Positions 46,792-56,771 of a DNA stretch of 64,000 nt are shown piece by piece. The stretch spans positions 32,001 through 96,000 of the IMG/VR virus record IMGVR_UViG_3300037483_001012. One strand, written 5' to 3'. The DNA is from a virus. Position 1 is the first letter of the stretch, and each line of letters opens with the position of its first letter. The translations under genes were made by a program, and so were the position numbers. A model generated the notes under the pieces. It had not been told where the DNA came from. It saw only the letters and a program-made list of their open reading frames with translations, and searched no databases.

Positions 46792-47135
46792 AGCCAGGCC
46801 CTGCCCAGGTGGACGAAATATGTTGCCTTGCCGGCGAGTTCAGGTGGGAAGCCCATCGCAACGTTGGTTGCGAGAATGAGCGCCTTCACCTTCTCGTGCC
46901 GACAATACCGTTCGCACTGCCGGTAAATCTCGCGACGCTGACCTTTGATCTTAACTTCGATCCCGATATCTCCGACCATGAAGTCGATTATGTCGGCGCC
47001 AGACAGGCGGACCTCTCGCTCGTGTTCGATGCCTGCGGTTACAAACTCAGCCGCGATCAACGACTGGAGCCTCTTCTCGTCGGAGAGATGGAAGCGTCGA
47101 TTTCCGAGGAATAGGACCATCTCCGGTGCCAACAT
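46788..47135 (-). CDS. PD-(D/E)xK-like hypothetical protein
   Basis: IDFMVGDIGIEVKI..QCERY. Confidence 0.6.
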   Translation of the reverse strand: MLAPEMVLFLGNRRFHLSDEKRLQSLIAAEFVTAGIEHEREVRLSGADIIDFMVGDIGIEVKIKGQRREIYRQCERYCRHEKVKALILATNVAMGFPPELAGKATYFVHLGRAWL

Positions 47136-47136
47136 G

Positions 47137-48150
47137 CTAAGCCACCCCTGCTGCGACCGGCGATTGGCTTAAATATTCCTTGGCGAGGGCTACTATCCGC
47201 TGTTCAACTGGCGATCGCCCCGCTTGCGCCAACAGAAAAATCATCGACTGTCTTTGTCGATCGGCGGCCGCCGCGTTCCCGCTCGCGTCGTGTTGCTTTG
47301 CCCAATGAAGATGGATGCCCATCCTGGCGCTGCGTCCGAACGCCGGATCCTTATGCCTATCTTTAGTTTGTCCGGCGTGCCGCCTGGCATAGGCAGGATC
47401 GGAATGCTTCTTGCGCAATCCAGCAGAATATTTCTCAGCGAAAACGGGATCTTGATGCTGGTTACGCGCCAACTCCGCCTTCTTCAGCCGAACCTGCGGC
47501 GTGTTAAACCGCCGCTGACCTTCATTTTGCTTCGCTCTAACCTCCGGCCTTTTGTTCGACTTGCGGACGCCCTCTATCTTGCGGGCTACAAATTCTGGAT
47601 TTTGGTGAAGCTGCTTCAGATTGGCTGAAATCTTTGCCTTATGCTCTGGCCGCGCCTGTACCTCAGCCGACGCTGCTCGCGCTTTCGCGAGGTAAACCGG
47701 GTCCAGGTTCCTCCGGCGCACCATTTCCCGATGTTCCTTCAACACTGTCGGATCTGCGAACCGTCTTTTCTGTACCTCCGACAGCTTCTTTTTGCCGGCC
47801 GCAGTCAGTCGAGCGCCCTCGCCTCCGAGCGTCATGTTCAAGCCGTGAGGCCCAAGGGCAGTGTTCTGAAATTCGATGTGCCTGATCTCCGCGGCGAGAG
47901 CGAGGCGGTCGGCCTCTTCTAGCGTTTCGGCCGAGACGGTCTCTAGGATCTCTAACGAGAAAGCTGCGGCCCCATGCTTTGCAACGGAGCGAGCGATGCG
48001 CCGGCAAGCGCTGTGCGGCTTCATATGATTTTCAAACCTACGCTCTGGGCAAACGGACTTGCCAACGTAACGGATGCGACCGGAGTGCTCATGCCCCTCC
48101 TTCGTGAAGCGGATTCCATAAACGTAAGAGTTGTGGGTCTCCGGGCTCAT
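47137..48150 (-). CDS. GIY-YIG homing endonuclease with NUMOD-like basic repeats
   Basis: YVYGI..RYVGKS..RRF..H, E..HI, GLNMTLGGEG. Confidence 0.8.
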   Translation of the reverse strand: MSPETHNSYVYGIRFTKEGHEHSGRIRYVGKSVCPERRFENHMKPHSACRRIARSVAKHGAAAFSLEILETVSAETLEEADRLALAAEIRHIEFQNTALGPHGLNMTLGGEGARLTAAGKKKLSEVQKRRFADPTVLKEHREMVRRRNLDPVYLAKARAASAEVQARPEHKAKISANLKQLHQNPEFVARKIEGVRKSNKRPEVRAKQNEGQRRFNTPQVRLKKAELARNQHQDPVFAEKYSAGLRKKHSDPAYARRHAGQTKDRHKDPAFGRSARMGIHLHWAKQHDASGNAAAADRQRQSMIFLLAQAGRSPVEQRIVALAKEYLSQSPVAAGVA

Positions 48151-50528
48151 CAGGCCACACCCCTGCGATCAGCAGGCACCGCTTTGGCTTTTGGCGCCGC
48201 GTCTGCCATGATCGCGCCGACGCAGGCCTTCATCTTGGACACTGAAACCGCGTTGCCGATCTGTTTGATCTTTTCGGTCTTCGTGCCGGCGAATTCGTAG
48301 GTGGCTTCTTCGCTGTCGAAGCCCATCGCGGCGGCGAGTTCGTGGGGCTCAAGCATGCGGAACAGGATGTCGTATTCGGGCGTGGCCTGGATCAGGTCGA
48401 CATGACCGGTAGCTGCAATAGTCGGTGCCGGTTGGTCGATGTCGTGAACGCGCGGTGATTGTCCCTGTCGCTCGCCGTGTTGCGCCGTGATGAAGGCGAG
48501 TTCACCACGGTTCGCGCCGGTCACGGTCGGCAGAGGATCGGTGCCGGCATCGCGGATGCGGTCGCTGATGTCGTGATGCGTCACCGGCATGACGATAGCG
48601 AATTCGCCGCCCTTCGCGGTCGTCATCGTCGGCACCGGGCCATCGACACTTTGCCCGGCCATGTGATTCCGCAGGATGACCAGGAAGGGCTCGGGCCATC
48701 CGAACTTGACCGCGCCGGCCATGATGCGCGCCAGCGTCTTGGGGGCCAGCGGCTTCTTGCGATTGAAAATCGAGTTGCCTTTGATATTCCAGTCGATGAT
48801 GTCGCGCGCCGGTCGCCACGGTTTGATGCCGGGGAACAGCAACAGTTCGTCGGCAATCTTTTTCCGGTGCGTCGGGATCGGCCACGACACGCTGCGCTTG
48901 TCGCTGCGCGCCATCAGGATAAACCGCTGGCGCGTCGTGGCGTCGCCAAAGTCGGCCGCGTTCAACTTGCGCCATTCCGGGTCATAGCCAAGCCGGCGAA
49001 TCGTATCGATCCATGCCCGGAAATATTCGCCCTTACGCGACGGGATCGGTTTGCCGGTGCGGGCGTCGACCGGACCCCAGCCACAGAATTCCCAGACGTT
49101 TTCAATGATCATGCGCTTGACGCGCAATTCTGTCAGCCAGGTTACGATGTGCCAAGGGTCGCTGCGTTGCTGGTCGCTGGTCGGTTTGCCGCCGCGCGCG
49201 ACGCTGTGATGCGTGCAGTTATGAACGACGATGCCTTCAGCTACATATGATTCGTCTTCCTCGACCGAAATATTGAAAACCGGAACGGTCCGATTTGTTG
49301 GTGTTACTGACCTGACCCGCAACCATGAAAGCCCGTCACTCTCGCCGCCATAGTTATGCTGACGGCTCCGGACCCAAACGAGATGATACTGGTCTCGCTG
49401 CGATACCTTCCGTCCTTCGATCGGGTTTTGTCGCGCGCGTGTGAGATGCATCGCAACGCGGTGGCCTAGAGATTCGGCCAGGAGCCTCATGCCCAACGCG
49501 AGCGATTTCGACACAGTATTTGTTTCACACTTACGATGGTCGCCCCATCCATCGGCCGACAGATACCCTTCCAGCATTGCTCGGCGATCCCGCTCTGGCA
49601 TTGTTAGCGCCCATGCCGGCAGCCGTTTGCCGTGCGCCAACTTGCCAAAATGAGCCTTGAGCCAAAGCATCAAGCCCTCATGTTCGGTGTCAAACCGATA
49701 GCCTGTGGGCTGCTTTCGGCCGCTCCATCGCAACTCGTTCTCTGCGGCCCTGGGGCCAACCGCAGGCGCGAAATTTAGATGCGCAGCTAGCTCGTTGTGT
49801 TCGGAGTGTCCGCAACAGATGATGATTGCGGCATTACGCGGTGCCTTGCGTTCGCCAAAGTAGCCATCGCCAAGCCAGCGTCCTACAAACCACCAGAACT
49901 CCGGCGAAAACTTAAGACCGCGACCTCCGATCTCCGGAACTGGCAGGTACTCGGCGCGTGTGGGCGTCGCCCAGAAGTGTTTCTTCGCCTTCAGCGACGC
50001 GGCAGGAACCCATGCCGGGTCCGTATACCGATGTCTCCCGCTGCCAGGCGCGTAGCGATGCTTTAGTCTTCTCTCGCAAGCAAGAAATGGATGATCGGCG
50101 GTTGTCTCGATACCGAAATGGCCATGGCCTCGCACTAGAACGGTCGGTGCCTCGGTCCTCATGGTAGATGACACTCGTCGCCACCGACCTTTGTGCGTCA
50201 AAACCCTAACGCCCGGCTCAACCGTTTCTATCGGCTCGAACCCACGCTCGGTCATGACCAACGTTCCGGCCGGAAAACAGGTCGGCGACGCCATCAACAG
50301 ATCGAGATAGCCCTCCGGCACGATCAGGTGCGGCCGCACGGTCGCAATGTCCTGGCAGTAGTGGCGGGCCTCGGGGTGGTTCTTGGAATGCGTATCGAGC
50401 GCAACGGGCCAATGGTTGACGCAAACCAGTTCCATCTTAAGACCGAGTTCGGCGAGCGCGCGGGCACATCCGGTCGACGATCCGCCAGCACCGCAAAGTA
50501 AGTCCGCAACGAGTATCTTCTTGGTCAT
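48150..50528 (-). CDS. C5 cytosine DNA methyltransferase with intein
   Basis: DLLCGAGG, ASPT/C, IENV, TTRQR, KQIGNAV. Confidence 0.9.
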   Translation of the reverse strand: MTKKILVADLLCGAGGSSTGCARALAELGLKMELVCVNHWPVALDTHSKNHPEARHYCQDIATVRPHLIVPEGYLDLLMASPTCFPAGTLVMTERGFEPIETVEPGVRVLTHKGRWRRVSSTMRTEAPTVLVRGHGHFGIETTADHPFLACERRLKHRYAPGSGRHRYTDPAWVPAASLKAKKHFWATPTRAEYLPVPEIGGRGLKFSPEFWWFVGRWLGDGYFGERKAPRNAAIIICCGHSEHNELAAHLNFAPAVGPRAAENELRWSGRKQPTGYRFDTEHEGLMLWLKAHFGKLAHGKRLPAWALTMPERDRRAMLEGYLSADGWGDHRKCETNTVSKSLALGMRLLAESLGHRVAMHLTRARQNPIEGRKVSQRDQYHLVWVRSRQHNYGGESDGLSWLRVRSVTPTNRTVPVFNISVEEDESYVAEGIVVHNCTHHSVARGGKPTSDQQRSDPWHIVTWLTELRVKRMIIENVWEFCGWGPVDARTGKPIPSRKGEYFRAWIDTIRRLGYDPEWRKLNAADFGDATTRQRFILMARSDKRSVSWPIPTHRKKIADELLLFPGIKPWRPARDIIDWNIKGNSIFNRKKPLAPKTLARIMAGAVKFGWPEPFLVILRNHMAGQSVDGPVPTMTTAKGGEFAIVMPVTHHDISDRIRDAGTDPLPTVTGANRGELAFITAQHGERQGQSPRVHDIDQPAPTIAATGHVDLIQATPEYDILFRMLEPHELAAAMGFDSEEATYEFAGTKTEKIKQIGNAVSVSKMKACVGAIMADAAPKAKAVPADRRGVA
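49218..50279 (-). mobile_element. intein with LAGLIDADG endonuclease (354 aa)
   Basis: CFPAGT, TADHPF, RWLGDG, GYLSADG, VFNISVEEDESY..VVHN/C. Confidence 0.9.
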
Positions 50529-51385
50529 TTCACCACCGACAGCGAAATCTGGATATTTTTGATGCGGTTTAGCTTCAGCCCGACTGAGGCGAGCGGCGCC
50601 GTTAGATCATCGACCAAGTCATCGATAATCTTGACGGCCGGTGTCGGCGCGCGGCCGGTCCACAACTTACCGATCATGAAGTTGTACCCAATCCCGCTTG
50701 GCATGACCTTGGCGAGCATCGATATCATGTGCGCGCCGCGCTCTGAGGTTTCGACGATCTTCCCGTCGAACACGATGGCCGATCCGTCGCCGCTGAATTC
50801 GCAGGTCACGCCGTTGAACGATGTCGGTTCACGGCTTGGTGTGGCTTGGCGCTTAGGTTGCGGCGTAGAAGCCGGCGCGGCCGCAAGACGCTCTTTGATC
50901 TGGCGAACGGCCGGCGTCATCGCCGCCTTCGGTACTGGCTTTTGCGGTTTTAATTCGATTGGCTCTATCTTTTTAGCCGGCGGCTTTGGTGATGATGTAG
51001 GGCCCTCCTCGCACCACGGCAGCGGACCGACCTCGATCGCGCCGTCGATCTCCCTCACCTCGCACGGCGCCATGCCGTGCTGTTCGTTCGGGTAGGCCGA
51101 TATCCGCCCGAGAAAGAAGTCATAGAATGTGCTCGCGCCATTGAGTTTGACGTGTGCAATGCCGTCCGGCGCCGGTATCAGCCGCAGACGGCCGGCGCTT
51201 TCATCGGCACCGATCAGCACATCGAATGTTTGAAGCCCGGCCGGATTGGCGCGCCGAAGCAGATTCGCCTCGATAGAAATCTTGAGTGTCGCGAATTTTG
51301 CGTTGCGGACCTTGCGTAGACCGGCGCGCGCCAGCGTCGGCCCGCGATATCCGTCCTCGATCCTTTCCAGCCTGATGAAACTCAT
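50525..51385 (-). CDS. hypothetical protein
   Basis: Coupled ORF in replication operon. Confidence 0.6.
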   Translation of the reverse strand: MSFIRLERIEDGYRGPTLARAGLRKVRNAKFATLKISIEANLLRRANPAGLQTFDVLIGADESAGRLRLIPAPDGIAHVKLNGASTFYDFFLGRISAYPNEQHGMAPCEVREIDGAIEVGPLPWCEEGPTSSPKPPAKKIEPIELKPQKPVPKAAMTPAVRQIKERLAAAPASTPQPKRQATPSREPTSFNGVTCEFSGDGSAIVFDGKIVETSERGAHMISMLAKVMPSGIGYNFMIGKLWTGRAPTPAVKIIDDLVDDLTAPLASVGLKLNRIKNIQISLSVVK

Positions 51386-52035
51386 GTTGCCACCTTCGGC
51401 CGGAACAGGTCTTCGGCGGCGCCGGCGATGCGCGGATTAAGGTGGCCGCGCAAATGCCACGCCAGACCGATTGCGTCGGCCTGATCTCCATTACGCACGT
51501 CGATGCCAAGTCGATGGCACTGCAGCATCGATTGCTGCTTCCACCACTTGCTGGCGTTGTCGCAGCCTTTCGGCGGGCTCTTCGCGCCAAAGAACGATGA
51601 TCGCCACGTCTTGTTGTTGACGACATACAGCGGAATATTCAGCCGCTCGCACGTCTCGCACGCTGCACCGGCAAGCGCGTACAGGCGGAAAATCACATTG
51701 AAGGTGGTGCCGCCCTTCTGCTCGTACTTGATCGCCTGGCCGGCGAAGTTCGCAGCCATGTCGACGACCGGCTTTTTGAAGCTGACGTTCGACTGAAGCG
51801 GCCGCTCCATAGCGACCGCCTCGATCTCGTTCGCGACCAACCACGCCCTGAGATGGTCGCGGAACTCCCGAACCATCTTTCCTTCGTGCTGGAAATCAAC
51901 CTCGCCACGATCGAGATCGAATGGGCGCTTCGCGCTCGGCCGAAACGATTCCGCGCGAAAGACATCGCCATCGCAGATAGCCAAGCCAGAATTGGTCGCA
52001 ACATCGATCCCGGCGATTTTCAATGGTGACCTCAA
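51382..52035 (-). CDS. RuvC-like Holliday junction resolvase
   Basis: IAGIDVATNSG, VAMERP, DQADAIGLA. Confidence 0.75.
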   Translation of the reverse strand: MRSPLKIAGIDVATNSGLAICDGDVFRAESFRPSAKRPFDLDRGEVDFQHEGKMVREFRDHLRAWLVANEIEAVAMERPLQSNVSFKKPVVDMAANFAGQAIKYEQKGGTTFNVIFRLYALAGAACETCERLNIPLYVVNNKTWRSSFFGAKSPPKGCDNASKWWKQQSMLQCHRLGIDVRNGDQADAIGLAWHLRGHLNPRIAGAAEDLFRPKVAT

Positions 52036-52748
52036 TGAGTCGTGCCGGACGACGCTTCACCGGCGCCGGCATCGGCGTCGAACGGCTGCTCTTTATCGGT
52101 ATCCTCGAGGATGTCGTCGTCGAGCGCATCACTCTTCTGGGCCGGTTGGGTAGCCGGCACCAACGCCGTATCCGTCGGCCCCCGGAAGGCGACCTTCATC
52201 AGCGCGGCCTGCCCTTCGTGCCAACCCTCAATCCAGCGCTGCTGGGTTTGCGGCGCGTAGGTGCTCGGCGGCACGCAGGACTTACCTTCCATGCCCGAGA
52301 TCTTGCCTTCCTCGAAGGCCCGGTCATCGATTGGGGTCGGATCGGACTTGCCGTCGACAAAGAGGTCGAGTTGCGCCACCGGATGGTTCAGCCATCGAGC
52401 AATCTGCTGCTCGCGCTGGCGCTTCTTGACGATTGCCTTCTCGTCGCCCTTGCGCAGCGCTAGGCCGAAGTCGACGTCGTCCTTGCTGAAGCTCCGCGCC
52501 TCCAACTGCTGCCGCTTGTTTCTTATCTTGGCGACGACGGAATCTTTTTCCTGGATCAGCGTTTCGAGTTCGCTGAGGCCGTTCACGAACAGCGCGCGCT
52601 GCTCGTCGTCGGTCAGCGTTGAAGCGCCGGTCGTTTCCGGCGCTCCTTCGGAGTTGTGGCCAGGCGTGGCGTTTGCAGGGCCACGGTCCTTTTTGTCGCT
52701 CCGCGGCTTGCGGGGGGCTTTGTCGACGCTTCCCTTGGTTCTGGCCAT
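52032..52748 (-). CDS. hypothetical protein (GapR-like region)
   Basis: PGHNS motif, coiled coil, AQLDLF, RWIEGWHEGQ. Confidence 0.55.
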   Translation of the reverse strand: MARTKGSVDKAPRKPRSDKKDRGPANATPGHNSEGAPETTGASTLTDDEQRALFVNGLSELETLIQEKDSVVAKIRNKRQQLEARSFSKDDVDFGLALRKGDEKAIVKKRQREQQIARWLNHPVAQLDLFVDGKSDPTPIDDRAFEEGKISGMEGKSCVPPSTYAPQTQQRWIEGWHEGQAALMKVAFRGPTDTALVPATQPAQKSDALDDDILEDTDKEQPFDADAGAGEASSGTTH

Positions 52749-52749
52749 T

Positions 52750-53853
52750 TTATGTCTCCATCGGTGTTGGTTGATCTTGCATCTGCGTTGAGGCGGCGGC
52801 GACACCCGGCCACTTGTTGCCTTTCCGGATGTTGTCGATCGCCCAAAGCGGCTGGTAATTTGTGTAATGAAAGCAAGTGAATTGCTGCGCTGGGTCCGTG
52901 AAGTCGAACGACGAGACCGGTCGAATGTGATCGAGTTGCCAGCAGCCGCGTTTGCGACCCCAATTTTCCCAAGTCATGCCCGGTAACCACCGAGTTTCGA
53001 TGTGCGCCCTGAAATCAGCTATCGTGCAGCCGAGAAGTTCGGTGAGGCGATAGGCTTTCCGCCCATTACGGCGTTTTACGGCGGCCCGGACCATACAGCT
53101 AAGCGTAAACGCCATCCGCTTATGTGGGTCCGCAAAAGCTTTTTTCCGCTTATTGACTTCGTGGCGGGCTACGGCCTCCGGATGCTGTCGGCGCCAGTTG
53201 GCGTTTCGTGCCGTCTGCCTAGCAACGTTCTTGGTGTGCCATATCCTGAACTTCGCAAGACTGCACTGTCGGCAGTTTCCGCTGGAAACAAGTCTTTCGC
53301 TGACATGCCCATGTTTGCATGGAATGCCGGTGAAATACCATTTCAGGCCCGACGCTCTCGCCTCGCCACATGATACGTACCTCGTGTCCGCTGCCTTACG
53401 CGCGGCATTCTCAGCCGCGCGCCGATTGGCAGTGTCAGCCCTTCTGCGTGCGCCGGCGAGCGTGCGGTAGCGCTTCGCGCGAATGGGGTCAGCCTTCGGA
53501 GAGCACCCCTTGCACCGTGAGACTAGCTTGCCAGACGCGCGCTTGTAAAAACTGCTGGCCGAAAGTGTCTTTCCGCACCCAGGACACCGCTTCTCAACTT
53601 TTGGCCGCGAACGGCAGGTGCTGCACGCTTTCGACCTTGTGTCTTTCTTGCCTCCGCAAGCGCAGACGTTGGTAGTGCCCGGCTTGCGCTTAGCGGACAA
53701 GAAACAGTTTCGGCATACAATAGCTCGATAGTCCATCAGCGCGCCGCAATGACACGACCTCAGGTTCCATGCACTCGCGCCGTCTAACGCGCGGCTTATC
53801 GGCACAAAGCCGTTGGGATGAACGAGTGTTGGAGGAGTGTGTGCTTGATCCAT
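52750..53853 (-). CDS. HNH homing endonuclease with Cys-rich N-terminus
   Basis: LLGC..GMTWENWG..WQLDHIRP..CFHYTNYQPLWAIDNIRKGNK. Confidence 0.8.
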   Translation of the reverse strand: MDQAHTPPTLVHPNGFVPISRALDGASAWNLRSCHCGALMDYRAIVCRNCFLSAKRKPGTTNVCACGGKKDTRSKACSTCRSRPKVEKRCPGCGKTLSASSFYKRASGKLVSRCKGCSPKADPIRAKRYRTLAGARRRADTANRRAAENAARKAADTRYVSCGEARASGLKWYFTGIPCKHGHVSERLVSSGNCRQCSLAKFRIWHTKNVARQTARNANWRRQHPEAVARHEVNKRKKAFADPHKRMAFTLSCMVRAAVKRRNGRKAYRLTELLGCTIADFRAHIETRWLPGMTWENWGRKRGCWQLDHIRPVSSFDFTDPAQQFTCFHYTNYQPLWAIDNIRKGNKWPGVAAASTQMQDQPTPMET

Positions 53854-53854
53854 T

Positions 53855-54856
53855 TTAATGCGTCACAAACGCGATGCGCCGACGGCTGCTCCAGCAAAGC
53901 GTGCAAGACGAGCAACTCTCGGTCTTTGGTATTTCAGGATGTGTTGCCGACGGAAGTTGGCTTGGACAGATGATCGCGTCGGCTGGATTCTGATACGGAT
54001 GTTCGATCGATATCGTCGCCGGCACCCCGGCCGAGGCATCTGGCGCGTCCGAAAATCGGATAGCGAAGCGCGCCCACTGTTCTTTGACCAGCACTCGTAA
54101 CGCGATGCCGATGTCGTCGGTGTGCCGCGCACTGTAACCAAATACGTTCAGCGCCGGCGCTTGCTCGAGAAGAACGCGCCAGAGGTTTACATACCGGACA
54201 GAGAAGAAATCCCCGAGCACGTGCAGCCTGACGACAAAGCCGCTCGGATAGCCACGCTGTAATCCAATAACTTCCTCGACGAGCCGCCGTTCAAAATCCG
54301 GGCTCTCGTGAGAGATGCGGTGCCCGAGATATGTCCCATTACCAAAACACGATCTCCAGTGATGGCAGGTCTTCGGACACGTCTTCCGCTCCTCAAGCGT
54401 GAGCGTGAAGACCGGCATTCCCTTCCACTTTCCCTTTAGGATCGTGCCGCCGATCTTCGATTGATTGGTGCCGGGCTTAAGCAGGCGCTTCCCGCTCAGG
54501 TCATGGATCACGGTGTCGGGATAAAGTGTGGTGCCGTTCATGATCGCCGGGTGATCGATCGGCGGCATTCCCATCGCGCGCTTGCCGTGCAGCGATCCAT
54601 GGACGAAACGGCTTTTTGATTTAAGCCCTTCCGCCTCTCTCTCCGCCTTCAGCTTTACCGCGCCGGTGCGTACCAGTCGGACATACGTCGCGCTGCATTT
54701 AAGACGTGCGGCGATCTCCCGGTCCGACAAATCATGAGGCGCCGCGGCTAGTATGCGAACAAGATCGTGGTCGACGCGCCTGCGCCGCTTCTTCGCCGGA
54801 GCGGCGACCGGGCGCACATTCACATCCAGGGCGGTGAGGCGATCGACGAGGTTCAT
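53855..54856 (-). CDS. Gp88-like Cys-rich protein with N-terminal HTH
   Basis: LTLEERKTCP.TC..W.SC, VRLHVLGDF, ICP.Q..CSSCTLC. Confidence 0.6.
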   Translation of the reverse strand: MNLVDRLTALDVNVRPVAAPAKKRRRRVDHDLVRILAAAPHDLSDREIAARLKCSATYVRLVRTGAVKLKAEREAEGLKSKSRFVHGSLHGKRAMGMPPIDHPAIMNGTTLYPDTVIHDLSGKRLLKPGTNQSKIGGTILKGKWKGMPVFTLTLEERKTCPKTCHHWRSCFGNGTYLGHRISHESPDFERRLVEEVIGLQRGYPSGFVVRLHVLGDFFSVRYVNLWRVLLEQAPALNVFGYSARHTDDIGIALRVLVKEQWARFAIRFSDAPDASAGVPATISIEHPYQNPADAIICPSQLPSATHPEIPKTESCSSCTLCWSSRRRIAFVTH

Positions 54857-55521
54857 GGCACCACCGTCGGCGCGTACCAGATGCGTGGCGACACTCTGTC
54901 GCCAAGCCACGTCTGCTGCCACAAAAACCATGTGTGGCTCTCCGTCGGCCCTGTTTTTTTCTCTCCCTTGCCATTGCATTTTGCGCACTTGTCATCGCCG
55001 ATTTTTCCGGACCCACCACATGGCTTGCACGGCACCGGCTTATCGAACCATTTGATGCGCTTGGTCAGGACAATGCGGCCGGCGAACTGCGGACAGTCAC
55101 GGAAAAGATGCGCGCGACCGCCGGCGGAATCAAAATCCACCGGCAGCAGCATCGCCATGAAGCCGTAATCGGCGATGCACGTCAGTCCCTTTTCGATGAA
55201 CTTCTCGGCGAGTTTGCACCGCTCGCCATAGGGCGGGTTGGTGATGATGCCGTCGTAGTGCACGAGGCCGGGACAGTTGCCCGGCGCCATAAAATCATGG
55301 ACAATTTCTTGATGCTCATAGCCGTAGTCGTGGACGTCGGTGCTGTAGACCGATGCGCCGTGCGCGCGGATCGCCTCGACCATTTCGCCGGTGCCGCATG
55401 CCGGCTCCCATATCGTTTTTGATTTTAGGTTAACGACTTCGGCAAGCGCGTCGATCACCCACGCCGGCGTTGGGTAAAAGCTACGTTCCTTTTTCTCGTA
55501 TCCGGAATCGCGGCGCGACAT
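54853..55521 (-). CDS. DNA amino-methyltransferase
   Basis: FYPTP, IWEPACGTG, ITNPPY. Confidence 0.82.
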   Translation of the reverse strand: MSRRDSGYEKKERSFYPTPAWVIDALAEVVNLKSKTIWEPACGTGEMVEAIRAHGASVYSTDVHDYGYEHQEIVHDFMAPGNCPGLVHYDGIITNPPYGERCKLAEKFIEKGLTCIADYGFMAMLLPVDFDSAGGRAHLFRDCPQFAGRIVLTKRIKWFDKPVPCKPCGGSGKIGDDKCAKCNGKGEKKTGPTESHTWFLWQQTWLGDRVSPRIWYAPTVVP

Positions 55522-55605
55522 CGTGTTGCCCTGCGATCGCTCGATCGCGGTTTGGTTTTCAAAAACACGCGAAGTCCGCGCCGATACGCAGCCGCGGTGA
55601 GGGGC

Positions 55606-55815
55606 TCAGCCGCCCCCGAGTTCGTTTTCTTCCCGGTATTCAGCGGCATCGCGCGCGCAGGCGCGGCTGATGCGGTCGTTCTCGACCCCCGCCCAGTAGT
55701 CGTAAAGATCGTCGTACCACTGGGCCTGATCGGCCGGTGACATCGCCGCGAATTCAATCCCGCCCAGTTCGGGGTTGAACTTCTTCTTCGCCGGCGCCTG
55801 AGCTTGTTCCGCCAT
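55606..55815 (-). CDS. hypothetical protein
   Basis: GAGG RBS. Confidence 0.55.
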   Translation of the reverse strand: MAEQAQAPAKKKFNPELGGIEFAAMSPADQAQWYDDLYDYWAGVENDRISRACARDAAEYREENELGGG

Positions 55816-55823
55816 CGCCCGCC

Positions 55824-56396
55824 TCAATCTTTTTCGGCCGAAGCCAAGGCGCTATCCGATATGCTGGCCATAGCGTGCACTGCATCAGGACGCGGGCTAT
55901 AAGGTTCCTGGTCATGAACAATCTGGGCGGCCTGGCGCGCTCGGCTGATTGCATCGGTCGTTTCACGGGCGGTACCTACCGTACTTTTGAGGCGCGCTTC
56001 AGCAGCGTCGCGCTGGCATATTGCGTCGGTGACGACAAAGATGCGAGCGAGCCAGGTCCACCACTTCGGGCGCGCGTCACCCATGGCGTCGATCAAGAAA
56101 TCCATCCCGTGCTCGGAATGGAGCAGCGCCCAAACCGCTTCCGACGGCAGCCGATCCTTGCTCAGCCAGTATTCGCAGGTGCGTACCGGCTCGCCAGTGA
56201 TTTGATGCAGGTAAATCGCGGTCTTTACGGGGTACAGCGCGCGCACGCGGCGGAGCACCCTACCATTCGACCGCAAGAACTTGCGGTCTCCGCGCAAATT
56301 TTCGGCGCTTTGTTCTTTCGGTAAATTTGCCTTCACCGACGTGACGGCCGATGGTCCGCTCGTAACGAGTGAATGAGGTGACCGTGCGTAAGACAT
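55824..56396 (-). CDS. CII-position regulator-like protein
   Basis: Directly after cro; RTCEYWL HTH-like segment. Confidence 0.5.
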   Translation of the reverse strand: MSYARSPHSLVTSGPSAVTSVKANLPKEQSAENLRGDRKFLRSNGRVLRRVRALYPVKTAIYLHQITGEPVRTCEYWLSKDRLPSEAVWALLHSEHGMDFLIDAMGDARPKWWTWLARIFVVTDAICQRDAAEARLKSTVGTARETTDAISRARQAAQIVHDQEPYSPRPDAVHAMASISDSALASAEKD

Positions 56397-56398
56397 TG

Positions 56399-56659
56399 CT
56401 AAGCGAGCTCCGCGACGACCGGCGCCGGATAGAGGTCGCGGCGGAGGTGATGGCGAGGAACGCCAAACAGCTCCTCGATCTGCAGCACCTTCTCGGCCGC
56501 AATCCCCTTCTTCGAGGTGGTCAGCCAGTATTGGATCAAGCTCTGGGAGACGCCGATGGCGTCGGCCAGCTTTTCCTGGGTGCCGGCCAATTCAATCGCG
56601 TTCTCCAGGCCGGCCCGGGAAATCGCAAGGTTTTCACTCGGTTCATTCATACGCACCAC
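56399..56659 (-). CDS. cro: Cro-like repressor
   Basis: GTQEKLADAIGVSQSLIQYW..LRRDLY; divergent from cI. Confidence 0.85.
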   Translation of the reverse strand: MVRMNEPSENLAISRAGLENAIELAGTQEKLADAIGVSQSLIQYWLTTSKKGIAAEKVLQIEELFGVPRHHLRRDLYPAPVVAELA

Positions 56660-56663
56660 AACA

Positions 56664-56731
56664 TATCAGTTTTCTGTTGCGGTCAAGCAATCAATACCAA
56701 TTATCTGGCAATGACCAGCAGAAATCTGTGG
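56664..56731. promoter_or_regulatory. OR operators (three 16-bp sites)
   Basis: TATCAGttttCTGTTG 56664, TACCAAttatCTGGCA 56695, CAGCAGaaatCTGTGG 56716. Confidence 0.7.
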
Positions 56732-56771
56732 GGCAAATCATCCTCTGGGATTTTTGGATAATTGTAACGTT

